A stretch of DNA of 64,000 nt, taken from the NCBI RefSeq assembly GCF_009914755.1, contig NC_060925.1, one strand, 5' to 3'. Each line of letters starts with the position of its first letter. Positions within the stretch are counted from its first letter, which is position 1. Positions 39,427 through 51,968 of the stretch are shown piece after piece. The position numbers and the translations under genes are program-made. Source of the DNA: the human T2T-CHM13v2.0 reference genome, Homo sapiens. The notes below the pieces were generated by a model, which was not told the origin of the DNA, did not search any database, and was given only the letters and a program-made list of their open reading frames with translations.

Positions 39427-41939
39427 TCAAGCAACTTTATTCAATTAAATTAGAAGTTCTGGAAGTCAGTTTCATCCTCTACCAATTACAAATGGAAATA
39501 ATTATAATACATGTAGGCCTTTTCTGTTACTTGAATAAGTTGAAGGAAAATGCTTCCTGGAGAGTAAAATCTAATGCAAAGGTTATTGTCATTATTAATA
39601 GAACATCAACAGGGTATATATTATTGTATTTAGAATCCAGTTTTGGATAAGGCTGCTGCTAATTTTCCCACTGCATAGTCCTATATTCTATTCTATCCTT
39701 GTGCTGGGGTCTTTAATGCAATCCTGTAAAATTCCCATATGTCTCCTGTAGCCTTCCAATTAGAGTTTCTATTTCTTTAAGTGCATAACAAGTATGTATG
39801 TTAAACATTTTAATATCCTTTCTGCTTCCTTTAAAAAATTGCATCGTGTTTTTCTCCATCTTTATTTCTATTCGTGTAGTTAACCACACAGTCTTGGTAA
39901 CAGACACCTTTAACAGACCGAATCAGCTTATGCAGCCATAAATAAATCAATTTAACCATGAGAATTCCCATATTTATGCAATGAAATGGGGCCAGTTCCC
40001 CTTATATCTCCACATAGAAACCGGCTATGCTCACAGCTGACTTTGTAGAGCTTCCCCCCATGACTGGACATTCAAACTCTTCAAGAGTTTTGGGATGAGA
40101 GAGGGATGTTGATTATCTGTTACAGGAAATACTATACTTGAATGTAATTTGAATATTGGGTATCTTGCCTTTGTGTAAAAAGTCCAACATTTGGTAACCT
40201 TAGAAATGTTATTATTCTGACATTATTATGTAAATATTATATTATACTTTTTCCTCACAAAACAGCATATGAGTTGTATTATTGTAAATATTTACTCAGT
40301 CTTAGTATAAAATTGGAAAATTGGGAAGTTGTAGACATATGGATACAACTATGTTCATATTGAGCCAAAAGTGTTGATCTTGCTTCTTGAAATGAAATGA
40401 AATTATTCTCTATGAGGATCCCATTCAGGATAGCTAATTGACTTTATTCATGTTTAACAAATGTTTTTATTAGTATCTGTTATTTCTAACAGACTAATTT
40501 CCCTTAATCCAAAAAAATTTTTGAAATCATGTTTCTGAATTTATATCCCAAATATGAATAATATATCCATTTCTAAATTATGCACTAGAAATATCCTCTA
40601 GAGAATGAGAAAAAATGTTGGACCTTTTGTAATTCTCTGCTTAAATAAAGCTTGCATCTGTAACATTAAATTGTTTCTAAGTGAGAACAAAAATATCTGA
40701 GTGCTTTTAGAATGTTAAATCTTAGGCAAAATATTCATATCTACTCCCAAAAGTATCTCTATATTTTCAGAAGCTTTGTCTGAGGAGATGGAGACCTACT
40801 TTCAAAAACTCTGTGACCTATAGGGCTGTTAGTTCTTTCAACAATTGTAAAGTTATACCACAAAGAAGCAGAAACATATCAAGAATGCATAGACAGCTGC
40901 CTTGCACTATTTGCCAATTACTGTGTCTGAGATTGCAGTCTGGCCTTCATGTACAGCTTTGCTGTGCTTGATATTATCTTTGATACTGAGACAGTTTTGA
41001 AAAAGTTGGCTTAATAGTCAATTAAATTTCCAACTATGAAAACTCATTGATTTGACTAACTTGTATTATACCATCGAGCTTATTCCCTGATTTATTTCAG
41101 TTTCTCATTGATTGACAATCATTAATTCCATATATTATTAAATTCCCTCTGGCTGCAGACTCAGTTTTCAAATTTAGAGGAGCCTAGCTAACCCACAAAA
41201 CCTAGGACTCAGGATGCTATCTCAGTTGACATTTAATGGTAGTACATGATTATGATGTGAAAAACGTGAAAAAAAGAGGAAGTAGTAGAAACAGTCCTCT
41301 TTTAACATTTAGGTAGTTCAGTGGAGAAAATGATATAGCAACAATTTCCTCAACATTATAACACAGTATGTCTTTTGTGTGGCTGAAACTACATAGTGAT
41401 TGGTACTTTTTAGGATTATTTTACCAGTTGCTTCTATCTTGTGTTTTTTGTTGTTGTTGTTGCTGTTTATACAGATGAAGCAAATCATATGCAAATATAT
41501 TCAAAATATCAATTGCTGGTGACCCTGAAATTATGAAAGGCAATGCTGCGTTTGATTTTTCAAATATTTCAGCTGCACTGACTGCTGGGGATGAATGCAG
41601 GAGAAATATTAGCTCAAAAGTTCTCCAATTACTGTCCATATTTCCTACTATTTAAAATGTAAATGGTAGATTAATTACATCTATTATAAGAGAGAAGAAG
41701 GGTGTCTGTTATCTCTTTGTGTTGTCCCTTCAGAGCTGAGTGGCTGCTTACATTTTATTTTGAAAGAAGGAAGCTCTTTCCACACCACAGAATATTTCTC
41801 ATGATAAAGGAAAATCACATATAATAAAAAATCAAGAAGCACTCCTTTTGACCATGGCTGATACCATGTAGAATATATCAACCCTAGATGATTTCATAGA
41901 TTGCATGTTCATTTCACCTGTTTGCTAAAAGTTCATTTT

Positions 41940-42400
41940 CTGTCAGGTAAAGTACAAATTCTCTTTATGACATTAAAGCTCTATTCACAAGATAATCCAA
42001 CCTATCATAGTTCTTTTTCCAGGATCTTATCAGCCACTTACTCCCTTCGCTGACCCATCATTTTCTTTCTATCCACCAAATGCCTCATTTACTCTGCACT
42101 CCTTCCCCCATGCCTTTGTTGATGGTGTTCTTTTTATCTGTAGAATCTTTTCTACCTGTTATTCCGTTTCTTCATGTAATGATCTTAAACCACTATTTCA
42201 AGATCAATTTAAATGCCACTACTTATCTGAAGCCTTATTTAATTTCTCATGGCAGAATTTCTTCGGTGACCACATCTTTTCTGCAGACATCTATCATGAT
42301 AGAGATTCTGCATTATATACAGTTGCCCATTTTTTTGGCTGGTTCATCAGATTAGAGTATCCTTTAGGCCAAAGACTATATTTTATTTTTCTTTTATACT
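41940..42400 (+). mobile_element. L2 fragment
   Basis: catgcctttgttgatggtgttc...ttcaagatcaatttaaatgccactacttatctgaagcctt. Confidence 0.6.
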
Positions 42401-42434
42401 TATCAATATTCGTTAGTGTTCAAATAAATCCATT

Positions 42435-42850
42435 CTAACAACAAGACAGGAGACCCATAGGCACAATTGCATGAATATGATAGGAGTTTATTCTGTCCTC
42501 TGTAAAGTCATTAAAGGACTCAGGACTTTCCCACTTGATTTTCACAGGGAATGGTGGCCCCTATCTTCATTACTATCTGCAGAATGGAAAAAGAGGCAGT
42601 GCTGGGAAAACAGGTTTAGTTTTAAAGGGATGACCAAGAAGTTGTACACAATTTGGACACAATATTTATGCTTACATACGTTGGTTTAAATTCAATCTCA
42701 GGGCAGTACTTACCTAAGTACCTAGCTGCAAAACAGTCTAGGAAATATCTGTATCTTGGTGGTCAGATGCCAAACACAATTTTAATGGCGGCGGGAGCAG
42801 GGAAAGCGGTGATGTATTTCACTCCTTAAAAAGAAAATAAGAATAATGGA
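42435..42850 (-). mobile_element. old MLT1 (J/K-like) LTR fragment
   Basis: ggactcaggactttccc...ccaagaagttgtacaca...cctagctgcaaaacagtctaggaaat. Confidence 0.45.
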
Positions 42851-43760
42851 TATAGGGAAATGATTAACAGTTTCTCCCATTGTACATATATAGAGAATTT
42901 GGAACAGTTCTGGGGGGCTAATGAACACTGTTGAATGAGGGAATCAATGAAATTTATATACAAATTGGCATGAAAAGGAAATCATATTTTCCAGATATTT
43001 AGAGAACTGTTAACACATGAGCAGACTGCAGTTCTATTGCTTAGGGTTTTCAATATTTTAGCTGAACACAATTATTATTATGATCCATTACACTGGGACT
43101 CATTTTTACCACCAAAACTTTATTGCTGCACAATAAGATCTCTCAAAACCAAAAGGGTTAGTAAAACTAATTGTATATTGTGTGAGTAACCTGGTTTTAA
43201 AATTATATAACACTTCATAGCTTGTAGGCATTTTGTGTTTAGCATTTTGAGTGCCATTGTAATTAACTTCAGTGGAAACTTTGAGAATTTCATAGACAAA
43301 TTGAAGTTGAGCAACACTGCAAAAATGTAGAGATTTCTGAACACTAAATAATAAGCAAATAATTTAGTTTCTCCTGTTAATAAAATCGTAGTTTTATAAT
43401 ATTAATTATGCATTAATTGTACATATTAGTTATAATTACCTGAGCATTTATAAACCTATTCTATTTTATAATAGCAATAGCAAGATTTTTATCATGATTT
43501 GATAATCCTTTAAAATGTTTCACTTTTCTGTTTTAATAGGGCTGAATGGGTAAGTAAATATGTTTAATTAATAACGTTTATCCTGAAATGATTTTTTAAT
43601 TAAATAAGAAAACACAAATTTACCTATGATTTAGAATATCTGTAAACACTAGATGGAACTCTATTACTAATGCCAATACTAATACTCATGTATAACATAT
43701 GTGCATGTGTGCATGGGTGTGTGTGCACAAACACACATAGGAAGGAAGCTATTCTATAGA

Positions 43761-44060
43761 TTTTTATTTTTTTGACGGTGTCTTGCTCTGCCCCCCAGCT
43801 GTAATGCAGTGGCGCAATCTCGGTTCACTGCAACCTCTGTCTCCCGGGTTCAAGTGATTCTCCGGCCTCAGCCTCCTGAGTAGCTGGGACTACAGGTGCA
43901 TGCCACCACACCCGGCTATTTTTTTTTTTTTTTTGGATTTTTAGTAGAGACTGGATTTCACCATGTTGGCCAGGATGGTCTCGATCTCTTGACCTCGTGA
44001 TCCACCTGCCTCGGCCTCCCAAAGTGCTGGGATTACAGGCGTGAGCCGCTGTGCTCAGTC
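43761..44060 (-). mobile_element. AluSc-like element
   Basis: ggatggtctcgatctcttgacctcgtgatcc diagnostic; flanks tctatagat / tctacagat. Confidence 0.93.
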
Positions 44061-44347
44061 TCTACAGATACTTTTAAAGTCAAAATGCAAATATAGAATC
44101 TTGGTATTAAGCAGCATTGTCATCTAAGCACCATTTCTTGTTACGATTACATTAACAACTATCTAAAGCTATTTTTTCTAACCACTCCCACCTGCTTCAA
44201 CCTCATGATTGCTTATGTGTCACAACACAAGAATATACAAGTAAGAAAAAGTAACTTCTCTTCAAATCCCTGATTTTGTTGTTCAAATGATCTGTGTACT
44301 TTTAAGATAGAGCAAGGGAACTTAAGATGATCTAAAACACCACAGTA

Positions 44348-46929
44348 CATTTGACCCTTGAACAACACAGGTTTGGGCTACATGGATCCACTTATGTGTG
44401 GATTTTTTTTTTTCAGTAAATATATTGGAAACTTGTTTTGGAGATTTGTAACAATTTTAAAAAATTTTCAGATGAACTGTGTAGCCTAGAAATATTGAAA
44501 AAAAAATAGTTATGTGCTGAATACATAAAATGTTTATATACTAGTCTGTAACATTATTTACCATGATTAAATATACATAAATCTATTATAGTTAAAATTT
44601 ATAAAAACTTATGCACACAAACACTTACAGACCATACATGGTGTTATTTCAGTCCAAAGAGATGTAAAGATGCACTGTTAAATCATAACTGCATAAAAGT
44701 AGCTTTAATACATACTATGCTATTATACTAAATTTGTAGCCACCTTCTATTGCTATTGTGGTGAGTTCAAGTGTTGAATCTGGTTAAAACATTTTGTGAA
44801 GGTAATTCTCTTCATGTTCATAGTTCCTCTCTTTAGTAAAATGCATATCACAGTAAAAGTGATCCCTCAAGTTTCTCACATATTTCTTATTGTGTTTAGT
44901 GCAATATGGTAAATTGCCAATAACAGGATGAGACCCATATGAAGTGCCACTTGTGATGCTGGATGTACCCCCAAGAAACAGAGAAAAATCATGACATTAC
45001 AAGAAAAAATTCAATTCCTTGATATGTACCACAGAGTGAGGTCTGCAGCTGAGGTTTTTCACCATTTCAGGTTAAAACATACCAAGCCTAAAGACCATTT
45101 TTTTAAAAAAAAGAAAATTTGTGAAATCATCATTGTAGCTTATGCCAGCAGGCATGATAACCTTGCACTTTTTGCAAAATGCCTTTCATTTCATAGTGGA
45201 AAATACAGCTTTCACATGAGTGCAAAATTGCTATAAGAAAGTCATACCTAACAATTCTAATAGATTTGAGAAAAAGCAAAATTATATGACAACTGAAAGC
45301 AAAACAAAGATGAAAGATCTAGTGCTGGAGAATTTAATGGCAGTAAAGGATGGTTTGATAATTTTAGAAAGATGTTAGGTTAAAAAATTTTAAGAATACA
45401 GAAGAGGCTTCTGCAGGCCAAAAGTATGAAAACAATTTCTCACATACCATAAAGAAAATCATTAAGGAGAAAGAAAATCTGTATAAAAAGGTTTTTAATG
45501 AAGACAAATGTGCCCTATTCTGGAAAAATATGCTGTGAAGGATATTTATTAGTAAGAAATAGAAGCAAGCACCAGAATTGTAGGCAGGAAGAGATAGGCT
45601 AACTCTACTGTTTTGTGCAAATGAAATTGGGTTTATAATCAGGATTGGTCTTATCTATAAAGCTGCAAAACTTGGAGCTTTGTAGGGAAAAGACAAACAC
45701 CAGCTGCCAGTTTTTTAGTTGTACAATGGGAGATCTGGACAACGAAAATTATTTTTCTGGGTTGATTCAAATGATGCTTTGTCCCTGAAGTCAAGAAGAA
45801 GCTTGCTAGTAAGGAACCGGCTTTTAAAGTCCTTTTGTTATTGGACAATGACCCTGGTAACCCAGAACCTCATGAGTTCAAAGTGGTCTACTTGCCCCAA
45901 AACACAATGTCTCTAAGTTGGCCTCTGGATCAGGGTCTTGAGACCTGATCATAAAGACCTTTAAGGGTTATTACACATGACCTTAATTGAAAGAATTGTC
46001 AATGTTATGGAAGAGAACCCCAATGGAGAGAGTACCATGAAAGTTTGGCGGAATTACACCATGGACGTCATTGATGTTACAAAAAATGCTGTGAAAGGCA
46101 TTAAGCTCCAAATAATAAATTCCTGCCAGAGAAAATTGTTTCCAGAAGCTGTGCATAACTTCACAAGATTTGTGATAAAGCCAATAAGGAAAATCATGAA
46201 AGAGATGGTGAATATGGCAAAAAGGGAGACAAGTGAAGCATTTTGAGATAGGGATCTTGGAAAAATTCAAGACCTAACAGATACCACAGCAGAGCAATTA
46301 ACAAAAGATGATTTAGTGGAGATGAGTCCTTCTGAACCAGTGTCAGATGATGAAGAAAGAGCTGTAGAAGAAGTAATGCTGGAAAACAGATTGATATTAG
46401 ATAATTTGCCAGAAGGATTCTGATAACCCAAAATTACTCTTGATTTTTTTTTTACTATAATGTGGACTCTTTTATGATGTGGGCACTGAAAGTAAAGCAA
46501 ATGATGGAATTAAGGATAATTCAGACATATTTCAGAGGAAAATTACACCAAATTTGTCTGCCTCTCCTTTCACTCTCTCCATCTTTTCCACCTTTGTCAC
46601 CCCTGAGGCAGCAAGAACAATCCCTCCACTTCCTCCTCCTCTTCAGTTTACTCATGTTAAGATCATGAGGATGTATATGTATTTTCCCTCCCTTATGATT
46701 TTCTTAATAATATTTTCATTTCTCTAGCTTACTTTATTGTAAGTATACAGGGTATTATATATATGACATACTAAATAGTCTTTAATCAGTCATACATGTT
46801 ATCAGTAAGGTTTCTGGTTAATAGTAGGCTATTAGTAGCTACATTTTTTGAAAGCGAAAAGTTATAAGTGGACTTCTTACTGCAAGCGGGTTGGCACTCT
46901 TAACTCTTGCGTTGCTCAGGAGTCAACTG
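44348..46929 (+). mobile_element. Tigger2 (TcMar-Tigger) DNA transposon, near full length
   Basis: TIRs catttgacccttgaacaacac ... gcgttgctcaggagtcaactg; left flank TA, right flank TG; internal transposase remnants. Confidence 0.9.
44991..46480 (+). pseudogene. Tigger2 transposase remnant (CENP-B-type HTH and DDE region)
   Basis: MTLQEKIQFLDMYHR (HTH); ggatggtttgataattttagaaag = GWFDNFRK; ttattggacaatg = LLDN; ERIVNVMEENP; multiple stops and frameshifts. Confidence 0.85.
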
Positions 46930-47347
46930 TGCATTCAAAGTAAATATTTTGATTTATATGCAAAGAAGTCAATTAAATAGGCAAAATACTTATATATTTT
47001 GTCACCCAAGATATAGTTTAAAACCAACCAGTGAACTCCAATATTAAAAAACAAAAAATTCCAGAATGAAAAGTTAATGCCCCAAGTCCCTCCACCCTTA
47101 TCCCATGGCATAGTAGTTAACATTAAAATGTTTTTAGCATAACATAAAAAATTATTTGAATGATCCTGAAAAAAATTTCTTTTCTCTGATGTTTTCCTTT
47201 GTTATTTCTTCTAGGTATGTCTCATCTACCTTATCAAATCGAAGAACAGTGGGACGATTTTGGTTGTAGATTGTACTCTGTATTAACTATCCAAATAAGA
47301 CATTTCCTTGGGTTGTCATCCTATATGCAGTTTTCTCTTTTTGTGTT

Positions 47348-47398
47348 TGTGTTTGTCAGAGTTCTCCAGAGAGACAGAACCAACATAAAGGATAAATT

Positions 47399-47444
<46 letters not shown>

Positions 47445-47778
47445 GAGATGGGACTTATTAGGTGAATTGGCTTACATGGTTATGGAGGCTGAGAAGGCCC
47501 CTGATAGGCTGTCAGCAAGCAGAAGAACCTGGAACCCAGCAGCATGGCTGATCAAGCCTGAAAGTTTCAGGATCAGCTAAAACAAATTTGCCTTTCTCCT
47601 GACTTTTTGTTCTCTCCATGCCCTCCTATATTAAGAGTGGAACTTGGCCATTCAGTCCACCAACTCACACACCAATCTTCTGCTGAAACATCCTCACAAA
47701 CACATCCAGAAATAATGCTTTACCAACTCTCTAGGTATCACTTAATTTAGTCAAGTTCAGATAAGAATAAACTGCATG
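47348..47778 (-). mobile_element. MLT2B-like ERVL LTR
   Basis: gtcagagttctccagagagacagaaccaa...gaattggcttacatggttatggaggctgagaag...catccagaaataatgctttacca...agtcaagtt. Confidence 0.85.
47401..47444. repeat. (AGAT)11 tetranucleotide STR
   Basis: 11 perfect units. Confidence 0.97.
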
Positions 47779-48174
47779 AGAAGGAGTAGTTCTAAAAAAA
47801 ATGATTGTTACTTAAAGTATAATAAAAAAAGAAAAAAGTGGAAAATATGAGCTAACTTAGAATGCATCAAGTTTTGACAGATTTTGGGTGTGTATGCAAT
47901 TTTTTAACAAAGTTTTATAATAGCATAACATGACATTTTTCAATTCCTGTTTGACAATATGACTATAAAGAAAATCGTTCTTAAAAAAATGAGTGTTAAT
48001 AGTTCTGGTAAACAAAGCAACAACAAAAACAAACTATAAGATCAAGGAAAGAATGAAAATTACTATTATAGTATATTTAGAAAAATGTAAAAATAAAGTC
48101 ATTCTATAAAATCATAGAAAGTGTAGAACATCAATAGCTTTATTATTAAGCAAAAAAATAGTAACTCATCCTTC

Positions 48175-49050
48175 AAATTTAAAAAAGGCAGAAAAAGATG
48201 TTCAACACTGCTACTCTTTAGGAAAATGCAAATTAAAACTGCAGTAAGATACTGCTGTACACCTATAAGAACAGCTAAAATGAAAAACATTGATGACACC
48301 AAATGCTGGGCAAGGAAGTAGAAAAACTGGATCACTCATACATTGCTGATATGAATGTAAAATGGTACAACCACTTTCAAAAAACAGTTCAGCAGTTTCT
48401 TCAGAACTAAACATACAACTAGCATACAACTCAGCAATTGCACTCCTGGATATTTACCTAGAGGTATGCAAACTTATTCTCACATGAAAACCTGTGCACA
48501 AATGTTTATATAGCTGTTTTAATCATGATAGCCAAAATCTGGCAACAACCCAGATGTCCTTCACCAAGTGTGTGTCTAAACAAATCATGGTACACCCATG
48601 TCAAGAAATACTACTTGGTGATTAAAAAAAGAATAAACTTATAAACACAACAACCTGAATGAATTTCCAGGGTAGTATCTTGAGTTAAAACAACAACAAC
48701 AACAAAGCCAATCTCCAAAGGTTATATACTGTATGGTTCTATTTATGTAATATTCTTGAATTGACAAAATTACAAAATGGAAGATTAGTGGTTGTCAGGG
48801 GTTTAGGGTTATGAAGTTGTCGGGGAGTAGAGGCAGCTATGTAAGAACACAGTGAAGCTTCCTTGTGGGGAGGAAACGTACCTTGACTGTATCAACGTCA
48901 ATATCCTGGTTGTGATATCGTCCTACAAATTTGAAAGATGTTACCACTAGAAGAAAACTGGGTAAAGGGCATGGAATATCTCTCTGTATTATTTCCTACA
49001 ACTGCACGTGAACCAACAGTTAACTAAATATTTAAAAAATTCAATTAAAA
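48175..49050 (+). mobile_element. L1MD-like 3' end
   Basis: aactggatcactcatacattgctg...aagccaatctccaaaggttatatactgtatg...gtcaatatcctggttgtgatat...aaactgggtaaaggg. Confidence 0.8.
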
Positions 49051-49161
49051 TAAAGAAAAATCAAAACCCAACTCATCTAAGGAAAGCAACATTCATCAAA
49101 TATGAGGGTAGTGATAGATTTGAAAACAAAAAAAAGCAAGAATTAATCTGGGTTCTGTTTT

Positions 49162-49198
49162 ACACACACACACACACGCACACACACACACACACACA
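49162..49198. repeat. (AC)n microsatellite with one interruption
   Basis: Direct reading. Confidence 0.95.
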
Positions 49199-49489
49199 GA
49201 GAAATAACAAAGCCCTATGCATCAAATTGAAAATAAAAAATATAGAATAAAAACAAAGTAAAAAATTAGTGGCTATAATTGCTCACTCTGAGTTGGTGAG
49301 ACAAGTCAGTTGTTAATTCTGGGCTCCCACCCTCTCCCATCAGGAGAGGCCGCATTCAAAATTAACTTCCTTTTGCATCAGGGGCTGCTATATCACAGAA
49401 TCTAGAAGAATGCCCCATATATGACACATTTATGTGTTAATGGGCCTACAAACTAATCTATTGAATGTTTATTCTTTGGTTGGAAGGTA

Positions 49490-49690
49490 CTAAGATACAC
49501 ACTTTACTTACACACTTTCATATAATTTTCTCAACAACTACATTAATATGTTGATGTTTTTAACATCAACCTTACTTTCCTATTAAAAGAAACTGAGAGC
49601 GAAAAAGATTAATGAATGTCATGAATTCCCAAGGTCAGAAGGCTGGTATATGATTTGTAGCCAAGATAATCTGACTGCTAAATCTACTTC
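49490..49690 (-). mobile_element. MIR
   Basis: taattttctcaacaac...aagaaactgagagc...cccaaggtcagaaggctggta. Confidence 0.55.
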
Positions 49691-50268
49691 CTCTCGAATA
49701 TCTTATTTATATGGAATACCTTCACACAACTTTCAACTTAGATGGGCATGAAAGAGATAGAAAGAGGGAGAACATCTGTTGTTATATATTTGTAGAGATT
49801 TAGGAAAGCTTTTGATATAAATTTAATAATATGTCAATTTTACTATAATTAATTCTCTTTTTAATATTATATGCATGTCAATCATATCCTCCTGTATGCA
49901 AAATCACTATTATTAATTTGTGGAGATGTTTCAAGAGCGTTGAAAGTAGAGAGAGGTATGAGGTATTGTTATTATTCCAATATTTATTATTGGGAATGTT
50001 CTTCATATTTTGAAGATAAGTTCCAGTCATTAATTATTCCCTGTCATGTTGCCTTGGTTACAATTACTCACAATAACTGAAGCTGTCGGATGTTGCAGGC
50101 TGAAAATGAAGAGTATTGGGTCATATTACCACTGAGTTACATAGAATGAAAATCTAGTCATCTTCCTATTTAAAGCTTTCTAAATTCTCCTAAAATATCT
50201 TATTAGAAACACATCGCATAAGTAAAATATATATTTGAGTAATTTCTTTATTAAAAATTTGACTTCAA

Positions 50269-50634
<366 letters not shown>

Positions 50635-51968
50635 CTACACTAGGGTATCTTGCCTTTTATAAATTCAGTCTCTTATTTAAATACTTTACACTGTACATGC
50701 GTTTAAAATGGACTTCAACTAGTGTGTTATTCCTTAGTAAGTAAGTATTCAGAAAACAGAGTATAAGAGGCAAATAATATGCCACATCATTCCACCATAA
50801 GTAACCTGAATATGCAATGCTAGCAAATTACACCTAGCTTGGAGAATAAGTTTCGTTTTGTGTTTTCTCCCTCAAGGATGTGGGCTACAAACCATTTTAA
50901 AATCCCTAATGTCTACTGAAAAATTATGCATGTATGCCCAGAGGAAATGTAATTAAAGAGAAAAACCTATGAAAACACTGTTCATTTTTATATATGTTGA
51001 GAAATTTTAACTTTTATTATTTTTTTCCTCTTAAGTCCTGTTATCCAAAGAAATGCAAAACAGTTGGTTTACAAGTGTTAGATCAGTTTCCAATCACCAG
51101 CATTATAAGGAGCATTATAAAACAACGTTCTATCCCCATTGTTTTCATGAAATTATTTTATTTTATAGCTAGAATACTTTTTTGTGTTTGTGCCGCTGCT
51201 CACCTTTCATTTAGTAATAATAGTACTGGCATGGCCTACCTCATAAATTTATTACAAAAATGAAATAATCTTGAAAACTATATTACACAAAATTTTAATT
51301 GTTTCTCAGCAGGAATTGATAGTACATATACACTATAAGAATATCATCTGAAAACATGCTTCAGAAAATTTTAGATATCAGGATAGAAAGATTTAATATC
51401 ATAAGAGCTCAATCAAGGGTGCTGGATAAAAATCATGGAAAAGATATTTGAATTGAAGATCCTATTATGTCGATACCCAGTTGTACAGCCATATGCAAAT
51501 GCAGGGGCATAATTTTCACATCTTATTTTAGAGGTGAGGCTCTGGGTGCTTGAACAGGGAACTGACTTGTAGCAAAATGCTGACCAGGCTTTATTTTATT
51601 CTGAGTCTTATCGGTGGTTTGTGAAAAGATTCTTCTTCTCCAAAGTCTATCCAACATGTTTCTTGTGAACCCTAACCAAAAATATACATTCACTGATAAA
51701 AAAGTCCACTTCTTCAAAGTCAAGTGTCATGGTAAAATTATTGAAAAATGCCAGCAAATGGACTGTGGGAGACTATGGTACAATATGTGCATCCTTAGAT
51801 TTGTGGGTGAGGAAGGAAGTTATTGACTGTCTTTAACTCATGTAGAAGCTCTGACAATGGAAACTAGTTTAGAAATTTTGCCAAGGGTAGTAAGGTTTCA
51901 GCACTTCGCATCTGGGTATGCCATTAGAGTTGCTGCCACAGTCATGCACACTACATGCTGTAGTATTC

